NCBI GenBank assembly: GCA_023231475.1
Contig: JALJEE010000939.1
Span: 1 to 64,000, forward strand
DNA: 64,000 nucleotides
Direction: 5' to 3'
Origin: Seison nebaliae
Taxonomy: Eukaryota
The notes beneath the pieces were generated by a model. The model was given only the letters and a program-made list of their open reading frames with translations. It did not search any database and was not told where the DNA came from. The first letter of the stretch is position 1. Every line of letters begins with the position of its first letter. A program made the translations under genes and the position numbers. This document shows, piece after piece, positions 45,351 to 59,100 of the stretch.

Positions 45351-45904
45351 ATGAAAATACTGACTATTTGGATATTAGTCATAAACATTATAATTTCAGT
45401 GTGTTAATATTTTAATTTAAATTCCTAAATATTTTATTTAGTTGCGCTAAATGAACCGTGTCGACGAAATCGATGCTTTAACGGAAGATGTACTAGTGAG
45501 TAAACCTTTTTTATTTTCAGTATTTTTATAATCAAATTATTATAGATAATAAATGCCTTTGTGATAAAGATTATGGCGGTGAACTGTGTGATCAATTAGT
45601 GACTGTACCACCACCTTGTCCAATAACACCTTGCCAATCGACGAGTACATGTGTTGATGGGATATGTCAATGCAATCCGGGTTTCACTGGTTTAATCTGT
45701 GACGAGATTCCTAATTTGGTATGTGGCGGTTCTGTATGTGTCCAAGCGAGTGATTGTATGCCTTCGGCTGGTACATCAGTTTGTAAGTGTCACGGAGGAT
45801 TTACTGGAAGGCATTGCGATCAACTTGGAATGGCTCCGCATACACTGAAATATTCTTCGTTAATTATTCTAACATCAATCCTAGTAGCATTCCATTATCT
45901 GTAA
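45351..45904 (+). CDS. Small secreted, probably GPI-anchored protein with three EGF-like repeats, 3 exons
   Basis: Signal peptide MKILTIWILVINIIISVFA, three EGF modules (CLCDKDYGGELC, CQCNPGFTGLIC, CKCHGGFTGRHC) and a hydrophobic C-terminus. Introns 45403-45441 (GTTAAT) and 45496-45545 (GTGAGT). Confidence 0.8.
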
Positions 45905-46718
45905 CTGTTCTATTAGTCTTTTAAATTTTATTATTTTTGTTTTTATTTCAGTCAATATTTCAAAAAAGTGAAGAGTTCAAAGAAATAGAGAATATTTAAA
46001 TAAATACTTCATCCGCTTATATAGAAACTAACAAGGGAACCACATTTTTTCGCAATTGCCAAAGAAGCTGAAAAAATCATGCATATCCTAAGAATAATGT
46101 AAAGTAAGTTTAAAACAAAATTGGCTTCTGAATGGATTTTTAAGGTACATTTCTAGGCTATTTTATCTCCAATGTGTTGATGATAAGAAGAAGGCAGCCG
46201 AAAAATTTCATAATATTAAAATTATTATTAATATGATTTTTTTATATTATATTTTATATTAATATTATTAATAGACAAAGTAAATCAGGTTAATATCATA
46301 TGTCTAATTTTGTTCCGAACATCTCAATTCGTTCTACTATAAGATATTTGGTGAGTTTCTTAATTTCACAAATGAATATATTCATATAATACTATAATGA
46401 AAATATATGTTCAACAATGAAATCGAATAAGGTGAAAAGGACAACATCAAATCAACAAAAGTGATTGAAATTTAATTTAAGTGTTTTGAGTGATAAAATT
46501 ATAGTAATTGAACTAGAAATTATCTCATCATTATATGTCATCATATGACGATAAGATATCTTAATCATTATAAATAATATTTATTTGAGTTTAATTAAAG
46601 GTAAGTATTATTTATACGTAATGTTTCTCGCTACTAATTGTTTCGATACAAATATATGTTGTCGAGTGATGTGAAAATACCTTTTTTTATAAATCAAATT
46701 CTCGACGGGATAAATTGA

Positions 46719-46822
46719 AATATTGTTGATCGATCTATTCTTTTACGGTCAGTGGTAGGAGACCTACGTCCCACCGTTGTGGCTTTGGGAACGTGCATAG
46801 ACCACTGCGCTAGGAACGTCTC
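46719..46822 (-). mobile_element. tRNA-derived SINE-like interspersed repeat, copy 2
   Basis: The reverse strand reads GAGACGTTCCTAGCGCAGTGGTCTATGCACGTTCCCAAAGCCACAACGG...CTCCTACCACTGACCGTAAAAGAATAGATC and is homologous to 4699-4814. Confidence 0.7.
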
Positions 46823-47182
46823 TTTTCTAGATAGTTTTTGAATCAGAGAAGGGTATAATGATAAATTAGATTATAATTACTTGTTAGAGGACAGATCTAT
46901 ATTTCCAATGAACATTTCATTAGTTTACATTAGGAGAATTTACAGTGAAGATAAGAAGAATTTAAAAGTGAAGCCAAGTTTAAACGAGAGCTTAGTGAAT
47001 GGGGACAGATTTCATTGAAATTTCCTCTAATTATTCTGTACGAGATAAGAATTGTTTTTATAAGAAGTGTAGTGAATGTACATTGTACGTTAGTGTCAGA
47101 AATAAAGTGAATTTAAAAGAAATTAAAAAGAGTTTTCATTTCAAATAACTTTCATTCAACTTCAAGTGTTTTTGGAAAGACA

Positions 47183-50100
47183 ATGCCTGTATTATTTGGT
47201 GCCTCATTTCAACCGCAAAAGAATCGTGTGAAAATAAAAGGATATTTCCCATGTAAATCAACGGGAGAATATTTTAAGACATATGAACAATTCTTTGAGA
47301 GACAATTACAATGTCGAGAGAAAAAATGGAAGAGTGCATTCAACAAAACGGAAAAAATGACTTTCGATGAAGCAAAAGAGAAAGAAGATAAAATTATTGA
47401 GAATCTCATAAAGGAGAATGGAAATTTCTTGAAAAGTTTAATCAATTTAATTCACTTCCACCACTTCGATCATTTGCTGACGATGAAGAGACATTTATAT
47501 CGCTTATGTGTCGATCATTTCTTCAATGGGGAGATTGTGTGTTATGGAGAAAAGAAAATTTTCCGTTGGAACGATAAAGTTAAAACGGAGATATTGGAAC
47601 GATTACCATCTGATTCTGAAACGATAATTAATTACAAAGTAAAGAATGAATTAAAAAATGAATTTGTCACTCATGAAAAACGATTAAAGTTTTCTTTTTT
47701 CTAAACATTCTACAAATATTTATTTCTTATTTTATTTCATTGTGACAGACGGCGGAATACATATTTGAAACAAGATTTCTTTTTCTCATTAATTCGCTTC
47801 ATCTCTTATCAAGACAATACGGGAAAATTCCTAATCGATGTTTAATTTTTATTTATTTGAAAAAATGAATTATAATATATTTCTAGGATCCATTCAAATC
47901 ATTTATTGATGAAGATGAAAATAAATATCGATTCGAATTAGATAAATTGGAGAAAATTGTTAAAGAATATAAAAAAGAATTGGAACAGAATGGAGATCAT
48001 CATAAAAAAGAATTGGAAGAGAAAGGAAATAATGATAAAAAAGAATTAGAAGAGAATGGAAATGATCATAAAAAAGAATCAGAGGAAAAGAAAAAAATGG
48101 GAATACCAAAGAATAAAATAGCATTCTTAATTCTCGACGGAAATTTCATCGAAGTTATTTTTCATTTATTTTCTTGTATTCTTTTTGTTGTTGTTGTTGT
48201 TGTTATTACGTTCTTCAATTTATTTTTGAAGATATTTATAATAAATTGATTTTAATAACAACTAAATTATCGATTTCATCTGCTTCACTTATTCAATTTA
48301 AAGAAAAATAATTTTTCATATTTTGAATAATTTTTATGGAAATCAACAAAAAAATATTTTTAATTTCAATTTCATTCTAAAAGAACTTTTATCATATTCA
48401 TCTGAAACAATTGATGTTTTTGTAGAAAAAGAAATTACCAGAAAAGAAATTACAAGAAAATAAATTAAAACGAAAGAAATTACCAGAAAAGAAGATCATT
48501 CGAATGGAAATGTTGCAGAAACCGGAATCTCGTAAAATTGTAGCGATGTCGAAAGAAGTTAATATTTTTAATTTAATCATAAAAATATAATTTGACATTT
48601 TCTCTCAAGAAAATGCCAGAATTCCCAGAAATCGTTTCGAGAATTCCATTAGATAAATTTGACGATTGTTTTCGCATCATTCAATTTTTAAATACGAAAA
48701 TGAAATTTTTCAACGTTGAAATGTTTAAAGAAGATTTTATTTCGTTAAGATGGGGAAATGTGGAAGAGATCGATAATTATATGAACGAGATTGTAAATAA
48801 GAAGAAGATTAATCATAATCCGATATTTCGATCGGGCAGGAACATGATCAATAATTTCTTTCAAATCGATGACAAAGAGCCGATGTTCACTATGGGAATG
48901 TTGGAAGAGGCATTACATGAGAAAAATGGAAATGGAATTCTTTCAAAATTGCTCGTTTTCCTTTTAGATTCGATATTGGAGATATCTGATAATTATTATC
49001 ATGATTTTTGTGAAAAGAATCAAATCGAAATGGTCAATGATAAACCGATGTCAAAAGGAATTTCTTATTTCACCGATAATTTCTTATTTACTAAATTCCG
49101 ATCTACTATGGATAAAAAATTCGCTGTGAGAAAATTTAAAGCGAGTTCGAATACGGTAAAGGTTTGTCTTACAGCGTGTAAAAATCTCTGTCATCCGTCA
49201 ATGCCAAAATCGACGATTTGGCGAGATTTCCGTAAAGAACTTCCATCGGCGTCGTTGACAGGAGAAGGATGTGATCCGATGTGTATAAATTATCCATTTC
49301 TCATCGATTTATTATGGAAATTGAAGAATGTGAATAATATGAGAGTGAAAGAATTTTCAAAACATTTAACACAAAAATTCAATATATTATTCTTAACAAT
49401 TCATGGACGTTTATATGAAACGATGATTTTAGATTCAACCACAATTAGTGAAATGATTCGATGTTATTATTTAATCACTGATATCAACGGTTGTTTGCCC
49501 GGTTGTGCTATTAACAACAAAAGTCAATATCAAGAAGAGAAATTGAGCCGAAGAAGTGAAATGTTGAAAATTGTTGAGAAATTGTCATTTTATTCCGTCT
49601 ACGATTTATCGGTGAAAGAGAAGATTATGTTGATTGATGATTTAATGGAAATGTTATTGAGTTCTCATAATTTCTTTAAGTTCAATGATAAACAACGAGC
49701 GAGATTACATTGTTTGGAGAAAGATTTGATGGAAATGTATATTGGAGAACGGAAACGACGAGAAATGTTCATTGCGAAAATCGAATTTGAGAAGAATTAT
49801 AAAAAAAATGAGAAAACAAAAGAGAAATCGATTCAATTGAGAAATGAATCGATAATAAAATTTAAAAATTTTTCAAAAAAAACAATTTCTTTAAAATCGA
49901 AAGTTTATCGATTGAGATATCTATCAGCAATAGAACCTATAGGAATCGATCGATTTCAACGATGTTATTATCTCGATTGGAATTCCTCCTCAATTCTCAT
50001 ACGACAACCAATAGAAGATGAGAAGATTTCCTGGAGTTTTATTTCAACGAAAGAAATGTTCGATGATTTAGTATCGTCGTTAGATGTGAAGACGAATAGA

Positions 50101-51288
50101 CAAGAGACATTATTATATACGAGATTAATGGATGATTATGATATGTATCAAGAAATGTTGGATTATTGTCCTGAACAATTTTATTCCGATCGAAATAAAT
50201 TCCGGAAAATCATTTCGTTAGAAGAAGATAATTCAACGAGAGATTCATTAATTGAATCGATTAAATCATTTATCGATGAATTAACTGAACATAATTTATT
50301 ATCATTAAATCGTCGAAAATTGAAAACGATCGATATCCTGTTAGATGATGATGTAAGAATCAATATTTCCAAAATGGAAATTTTCACTTCACAATTTGTC
50401 GATTCAACTTTATTTATTGGTAAATTGGATCATTCTGATATTGAAGAACGTTTCGTTATCTCACAGAAATGTAAAATGATCGTGAAAGCGATTAAGATAA
50501 TTGTGGAGAATTTGAACGAATCAGCACTCGTTCAACCGATGAATTGTCGAGAGGAAAAAATTAAAAATTTCACACAATTCTCACTACCAAATCAGCTTCC
50601 ATTTCTTCTTTATGATTGTTTGGAGAATTGGATGATATCATTATCGTCAGTGACAAGTTACTCGCAAATCGCTCTTCATTTACAATCATTGAAACGATCT
50701 CTCGTTTATCAACATGACATATGGAATGATGTTTTCGAGGGTGATAAACGACGACGACGTTTTAAAATTGGTGAATGTAAAAAATGTGGAAATAATTACA
50801 CAATTCGTCAATGGAATTCAATACATTGTTCGGATTGTGATGTCGATAATTCATCAAATTTGTCAGATAAAGAAAATGGTGAATTAAATGGAATGTTGAG
50901 AGAGGAGAAAGAGGATGGCAATGGAGTAACAGTTTCAATAATGAACAATAATAAGAAATTGACGAAACAAGAAACTCCGTCGAAGAAGATCCAATTGAAA
51001 TTGACTCATTTCATTCCCAATCTCACCAATGGAATTTCTCAAAATATGAATAAATTAGAAAATGACGAACAGAAAAATGAAAAGAAAATTGAAGAAATTC
51101 AAATTGAAGACGATGAAAAAGATGAGGATGAAGACATTATTTATGAGAGTGACGATTATGAAATTCCAGAAAAGAAAATAACCAATTTTAGGAAAAGAAG
51201 TCTAACGAAACATCAAAATAGTTCGATGAACAATCAACCGACTAAACAACGGAAAATTATCCAAGAGCCAGTGACTATCTGCGACTGA
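47183..51288 (+). CDS. Divergent ACF1/BAZ1A-like ISWI chromatin-remodelling subunit (WAC, DDT-like, WHIM/WSD), 5 exons
   Basis: WAC motif TGEYFKTYEQFFER...W...MTFDEAKEKE, LDSTTISEMIR, YDLSVKEKI..I..L, WSD motif EPIGIDRFQRCYY...WSFISTKEMFDDLVSSLD and SYSQIALHLQSL. Introns 47689-47748, 47840-47886, 48154-48425 and 48558-48609 (all GTT). Confidence 0.75.
47971..48087 (+). repeat. 33-bp coding tandem repeat (KKELE(Q/E)xGNxx, about 3.5 copies)
   Basis: AAAAAAGAAT recurs at 47971, 48004, 48037 and 48070. Confidence 0.85.
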
Positions 51289-52136
51289 ACTTCCGAGATA
51301 TCGATAAATGTCGAATAAAGTCTAATATGAACATTCTTTAAAGAAGACGAATTGTAAATATGATATGCGTTCGTATAATTTTCATTTTAATTAATTTCAA
51401 TTCTCTTTATTATATGATTCTTAATAATTATGATTCTAAGCTTTATATTAATTTTGATGGTGAGAATCATAAAAATTCCATAATTGATCTCAATTATCCC
51501 GTTCATCCTCAATGAAACCGATTCGCATCGTTTCAAATTATTAATTCTCTTAATTTCATTTATTCTCTTTATTGTTCGCCATTTTTTTCAAGTTTCTTTT
51601 TTAGTTTACTCAACTTTCTCAATTCTGCCAAAGTTTCTTTAAATAAAATTCTAAAATTTCAATTAATAATCTAAAATTTCCCAAATTTCACTTCATAAAT
51701 TATAATTATAAAATAAACAAATTTATTCTAACAATTATTTGTCTTTATCACTAGAGAAAATATTTATCATTTTATGATATGGCAAATTGATTAATTGAGA
51801 AATTAGAAAATTTGGTGGTTAAAAACTAAAAGAAGCTAAAATTTCACTTTTACATGAATGAAAATTGGAATAAAATAAAGTTGATTATTTCTTTTTGAAA
51901 ATTCAAACATGTGTCAAATAATTAACAACAACGTTATTTTATAATAGTACAAATTATTAATATCAATGATATGTTCTGATAATATTGATGGCAAATTCTA
52001 GGATTTATATATGTTGTATTAATCGAATGCATGATTTATATAATAAGAAATATTTCATCATTTCATTTATTCTTTTTTATTTGTCATAGATAGATTTTTA
52101 TCTAACATATTTCTCAAAATTTAAAAAAGATTCAAA

Positions 52137-52440
52137 ATGGGTCACGAAAATGTGTGGAAAAGTCATTCGAAAACGATGGGACAGGGCTCGAGACATTGGT
52201 TCAATTTTCCTTTTCTTAAAATTATAATTAAAATTTCCTTTTTAGTCGCGTCTGCTCCAATCGTCATGGAATAATTCGTAAATATAATTTAAATATGTGT
52301 CGTCAATGCTTCAGACAATATGCTCCAAAAATCGGTTTTATGAAAGTTAATTTTAATTTTAATTCCTTTTAATTCATCTATTTTTTGTTTTGTGTCAATT
52401 CTCAAAAAAATGTTCGATTTACGATTACTAGTTGGATTAA
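52137..52440 (+). CDS. RPS29: 40S ribosomal protein S29 (uS14), 3 exons; absent from the ORF track
   Basis: Exons 52137-52198, 52246-52345 and 52432-52440 give [56 protein letters not shown]. Donors are GTTCAA and GTTAAT. Confidence 0.97.
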
Positions 52441-52675
52441 AGACTAAAATTTTTCATTTATATTTCTTATATAAATTAAAATACAAATAAAATAAAATAA
52501 AAAATATGTCAATAAGTTTTCTTTTCGAATGCTCATATATTTTCTGACAGAATTACATCAAAAAAATTTATGAAAATAAAATGATTTTGTCCCATTGAGA
52601 TGGAAATGAAATAAATAAATTTCTCTTTCATTCTTTCATCAAATAAATCTTTTCATCAAATTCAGTTTGTTCAAT

Positions 52676-53117
52676 TCATTCGGCTAATGTGTTCGCCAAT
52701 TGTTTCTTGATGAATAAATACAATTTATATTTTTGGAAATCATTCAAATCTTTCTCGTTTCGGACGATTAGGCCTCCTAACTCCTTCAACATCGTCTTCC
52801 ACCATTTTATCCACATTTCTACAAATAATATGACAAATACTATAATGATAGAAATGAGACTGACTTGTTTGAACGAAGAATTGATCGGAATTTTGGAATA
52901 ATTCCGGATGCGTATAAATGATTTTACTCATACTTTTCGTAAATTGATTTGGTGCTTCGACAGCATCATCACCATCGTTCGTGATTGGGAAATCGGTAAT
53001 TTTGTTCGATCGTCTGTTTATCATATTATATGACTCATTATCATGCACACGACACGAAGAGAAATAGAACGACAGTTGTAATAGAAAGACTATTGAAGTT
53101 ATTGAATGAAACTTCAT
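52676..53117 (-). CDS. Small secreted protein of unknown function; 3' structure ambiguous
   Basis: Signal-peptide-like N-terminus MKFHSITSIVFLLQLSFYFSSC and an RR site. The unspliced ORF ends at 52740. A 46-nt GTCAGT..TAG intron would extend it to a TGA at 52676 (KMWIKWWKTMLKELGG...). Confidence 0.45.
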
Positions 53118-56100
53118 CTCTGATGGGGAAGTAGAAGAGGAAGAAATTGGAGGAAATGGAAACTTCAGGAAATCTTCTACGGAAACAAATAAAAAATTTT
53201 TTGTGTTGAGTAAACGAAAATTTTAGTGGAGATATCTCATCTTTTAATAGATAGGTGTAGAGATGTGTGCCATAATAATATTAAACATTTCCCTAAATGA
53301 TTATTAGTTTTCCATTAAGGAAATGTCACGAAAGAGAGCACTAATATTCATTAGATTGAATGGAAAAATAAAACAAATTGAACAATTTCCTTTATTCTCT
53401 TACCGTACCTCTCATTATTATCGTTAATGTTATTGAAATCAATTTCTTTCGAGAATCAAACGTAATTTCTTCAAAGATTTTTTATTAGATTTCTATTCGA
53501 TCTCATCTTTCCTTCTGATCAAACATTTCATATCGTTAGATCATAACAAAGCCACCAGACATTATTGGCAGTTTATGGTATATGCCGATTCTCTTTCAAA
53601 TTTATTCGAATTATCTCATGACATAAATAGAACGATGATAATTTGGAATGATAAGACATTTTATTCTATACTACACCTTCAAATGGTATACATGTTGATT
53701 CTGATCGTAATTATTGTTGTTTTACAGAAACGGCAATGTGAGAATATGGAGTAGAATGGATGAATAAGATAAATCGAATACAGTTTAGAATAAATCGAGG
53801 AAACTGTTATTATGATAGTTGACTTTTTAGTCAAAGTCTACATTCAAACTTAATAATGTTTAATGCATTCTCATTAAATAACTTATAGGATGAATAGTGG
53901 GAAGATTAATGACATTCATTAATGAACTTGCCCATATTTCTTTTTTGGAAGTTGCATTAAACTTATTTTCTTAAGGTAAATCTAAAATATTATAATTGTG
54001 CTTAACGTAGAAAATAGATAATATCATCTTCCACTTTCTAAATAGATACGATTACTAAGAAAGAAAGAGTGGATAAATAGACGATGTCATACATAACTAG
54101 ATTGATATGCACTAAAAGAAGCTAAAATTTGATACGTCTGAAGCAAGAAAAGGATAAATATTTAATTAATAATTATCATAATTTTTGCCCGGTTACTGTT
54201 GCTCTTGATGGTTTTTTTTTGTTGAGTGGGGGAGTAGTTGTTAAAATTTTCTTGCACACATTCTATTTTTCATCAAATCCTCAATTCTTTGGAAACTATT
54301 TCTGATGAATATATTAAGTATGAATGAAGGAAATCGATGTTACTAATAATAATCGAAAAGAAGAATGATGAATGACGTCCGATTTTTCCGACAGAACTAC
54401 CAACCGAAACGATGACATTAATTTGTTTAGTTAATGATAAAATGATTCTTAGTCCTCATTCAATCACATATTCCTTCAAACAAATGAAGGAAACGTAAAG
54501 ACATTTTCTTTTTCAATTTGTACAAAAATCGATTGGTTGTACCTCCACTCCTAAATACAGGACAAAAATGTATTTAATAATATTTCTCCTGATGTCTCTT
54601 ATGTGAGATGATAGAATTTTCGTTTAATTTCGTTTGCATTAAATGTATTTTGGTGCGGAAAGAAAGAAGTATTATGTTTCGATAATTTTGAAGAAATAAA
54701 ATGATAATAAACAGATCTAATTGTGGATAATAATGGAAATATTTGGCATGGAATAATATTCGGAATGATCATCCTTCTCTATCAGTTAATTATCAACACC
54801 GAAAAATGACTTTAATTATTCTTCTGCCATTCTTCTTGTAAAGTAAATTGAAAGAAAATCCAACCAACCCCAAACAAAAGAAGAAGATGATATGTGTAAT
54901 CAAATCAGAAATATGAATAGAGTGAATGTGAAGAAATCCCAAGAATCAGGGAACTTATTTTGAACAATAACTCATTTCGCTGTGTCACTAATAAATGAGT
55001 ATTCTATTCACCAATTCTTACAAGATTTAAGTATACCAATATAATATGAAGTATAAGAATATTAAAAGTTGCAATTCTCTCATTGCGGCAACCACCTCAC
55101 TCCTCCCCAATTCCAATATAAAACGTCAAAACATAAAAACATTTCCTATAAATCATAGAAAATGTTAAGAGAATTGAAATACTTCAAAAATTGTTTTTGA
55201 TTTTGTTATATTAAAATTCGAAGACTTCAGCAATACGAGAATATGTTGAGGAATCAATATCACTGTCCAACAATTTTTTATAAAACTGCTAAATAACATT
55301 TTTATAAGAATGAGAATTGTCGTTGTATGAAAAACGTGGAACCTTAGTTTAGTGCCGTTACTTTAATGTGTCGATAACATTTTAGTCAAATTATTAATCG
55401 AAATGCAAATGATGCATTAATAAGAACACTTTCAGAAAACAAACAATATTTATTGAGTTACAAATTAGTTAACGAAATGCTTCAACGAAAAAAAAATGTG
55501 CAACTAAATGTAATTTTAACATGTTTCGATAACCATTTTAAAAGGAAATAAGATATATTCAAATTCTTGGTGTTCTTGAATAATTCAAGGATCTTTATAA
55601 ATTTATTTTAACCTAATTCAATGTATCAGGAACTAAATAAAATGCATTTGAAATTGAAGGAAGTGAATATTCTTATTAAATTAATATTAATAGTTCACAA
55701 TTTTCGTTAATTCTTTTTCAATTTCTGAAAAATTCCAAGTGGAAAACAGTTTAACCTAGTTAAAATTTATAATTAAAATAATTAGTTTCTTTTTACCATT
55801 TGCTTCTTAAATTAAACAAAAAATCAGAATAAGTTTCTTCGTCAGTAATAAATTTTAGTTTAATTAATTCGATATTCGTTGTAGGAATTCTCCATCCTTT
55901 TACGATATCATTTATATGGACGAAATGGAAGTAATGAAATATTTAAAAATTTGCTAATACATTTTGGAAATAATGAATCGTTCATTGTTTCGACAGAACG
56001 CACATGTGCACCAAAATTGCGTTTATCGATATTACTGAGAATGTGGTTGTTTTGTTTGATATGAAGAAGATTGTGTGTCTGTAAATAATATGAAACTCTT

Positions 56101-59100
56101 GAGATAATTATGAAGAATTAGAGATGATGATGATGATGATCTTAAGTAAAGAGACACCGTTGGGTTTTATGCATTCAATATGCACATACCTTTTGGTATT
56201 CGTTAACACATCCATCCTACTCATCTAATTGTTGATTGATTCATTTATTGGATTGTTACATTTTAATAGAGTTATGAATGTAGGATGAATTATCTTTAAG
56301 GATTTTTTTGTTTCGAATTATTGAGTTATCTCAACTAATTCGAAAAGAAAAATACTTATTGTTACAACGAAAATTTGTTGGTCGAAATGCATATGAAAAA
56401 TGGTTCCAACATAATTGGATGTATACTGGATGAAAGTAACCTTCAAATAAGTAAATTCATATTTGTAATTATTTGTATAGAATAATAACAATATGTAAGG
56501 AGTGATGCACCTAACTCCCCAAAATTCTTTAGGATTTTGAGAAATGTAATTAAAAATTTTATTTCATTTCCGACGTCTTATGGAAATTTGATATTTTCGA
56601 TTAATCATTCGTTAAGATAGTTCGAGAAGTTCTCTAATATCAATCTCGCGAATAGCATAATCATTTGTCTTTTCATCTCTTTCATAAAACCGATGCAGGT
56701 ACGAACTTGAAATTTTATTAGAGAAAACATTGAACGTTGAACGTAATCGAAAAAGATGTACTCTGAAATAAAAAAATCTAAAAAAACCAGAATAATTTTC
56801 CTGAAATGATATTACATTTCAATAATATCGTTATTAGTTCGAATATCATCTCAAATTATTTGACGGACGTAATTCATCAAAAGGTAGTTCCTTTCCTAGT
56901 CTTTCCCCTTTTGAAAAGTTTTTCAACAATCTTTCGAATTTTTTTGTCAAATATTTGACATGTTTTCCCGTCCTTTCTTGTACAGAAAATATTTGGTGAA
57001 GAAGTAAGACATAATTTACAAAAAATTTTGGTTTATAAAAATTCTAAATCGGTTTGTTTTTCTGGTTTGTACCCAAAAATATAATTCAGTTTTATAGACG
57101 AACATAAAAAGTATTAAAAGATAAGGATTATGAAAATTAACTCGATGTTTAGTAAGTTTACGGTTTAAACGATTTGGCGTATCGGAATGTAACATCAGAT
57201 ACATCATGTCAACCTCATGTTTCATCGAATTTTTCCTTGTCTACATTTGTTAAACTGACTTTTTGAATTATTTACAATAACTATATAGATTATAGAAAAA
57301 ATAATCTTATAGATAATCCACCATTCTTAATCAATTATGTTCTTTGCATCTTCATTTTTAGTGTAAACCAGCCTTGGCAAAGGTAACTCTCATTTGTTGA
57401 AACATTGAATAATTTCCATCTTGCGTAACATAACTGATGGAATGGAGAATCAATTAGAAATGATTAGATGTAATGCTTTTAGCAAAAGTGCCATAATTTG
57501 CTTCAGTTAAAATGACCTTACCAATTGTGCAGTTTAACAATTATTTCATTCCAAACTTTTAACGAACTGGACAACGATCATATTATGTCTTAACAATTCG
57601 TTTTAACACAATCTCTAAAGATATCTGCAAACGAAAAGAATATTCGGGTTAATTCTTTTAATCTCTAATTTACTTTCAATTGCCTTCATTCTAACATACG
57701 AAAATAATTACTAATCTTCTACTTGTGCGTTGCCTTTAACATATTTAATTTTCATTTTTCCATCCTTCTATCCTAATGTGAAACTTTCTAAAATATCATC
57801 TTCTCAAAATTAAACGATTAGAAAAAGAAAAATGTATTTCCATTTTTGACTGTAAATTATACATCTTTGTTTTCGTTCTTCCATTTGGAACAATGATATA
57901 TTGATACATATATTAAATGATGATATGAGAGAAGAACGTTCTTCGTCCGTTCCTCCTTCTCGATCATATAAAAAATAAAGGAAATATCTATTTCTGTGGA
58001 TAATACAGCTGTGGATAAGATAAATAAAATCGATAGCAATAAACGATTGAGATAAAGATGCAAACTCACGAATTGTATAGAGATCTCCTCAACCGTTTTT
58101 GTTCGTTTGTGGCTTTCTTTCTTTCTTTTTGTGGTAAGAATTTGGAGTTCAGAATAAAATATTTTATCGTTCTCTACACAAATATTTAATGTTTAAAATT
58201 TTCACTGCATATATCATATCTACCTATTGAACTCCATCCGCTCACATTTTACAATACGGATTTAGATAACATCAAGAATCTATTAAAAATATCGATGTTA
58301 CTGATAGAACAATCTTGATGTAGATGTAGAATAGGTGAAGAATATCTGTACGTAAAAGAAAAGACTCAGATTATTTTCCGATGTTATTAATTGTTGTGTA
58401 ACTGTTGAAATTAATTTCATCGTATACAAAAGATGAAAGATGTTTTAGAAAATAAAGTGCACAAATAATTGATGGAAAGAAATAATTGAGAAAGAAGAAG
58501 AAATCGTTCGTAGATAGAGTAAAAGTTAACATCGAAAATGATGCAACTGAATTATTTCGTAAAACATTTACCCATGTTCTCTATCAGCCAACTCTAGCAT
58601 TTGATGATTCGACGTGGAGAAGAAGAAATTATGCACATCGTATGGAAACAGGAGATTAGCAACAGGTCTCACCAGATGATGAAACGGTTCATCCTTTCAG
58701 TCGTTTATTGCTAATTAAGCAGGAGTTCTCTAACCATCGAAATATTAAATCAAAATATTAAATCGAAATGATAAAATTAAATGAGAAATTAATCTAGTTT
58801 TTCTTGAAGGTTCTTCCTCAAAACAACATTCACACAAACATCATTCACCATTAGATATTCATTCACCCTGGTGGAAAGATAAAAAACGACTCCAGTTCTT
58901 ATATACTTTATATTTTAGACCTCTTAATTATTATTTTAAAACGGCTCCTTCCGCTTTCATGAGGAGTTTACTTCACATAATCGTCTATAGAACTTCTTAA
59001 CGAAGTTAAACTCCTCATATTCAAGATATTTTTATTTCCCAAGTAGTCTCCCCTCCACAACCATGATGATGAAAAGGTTTTCTTTTTAAATATCCTTTAA

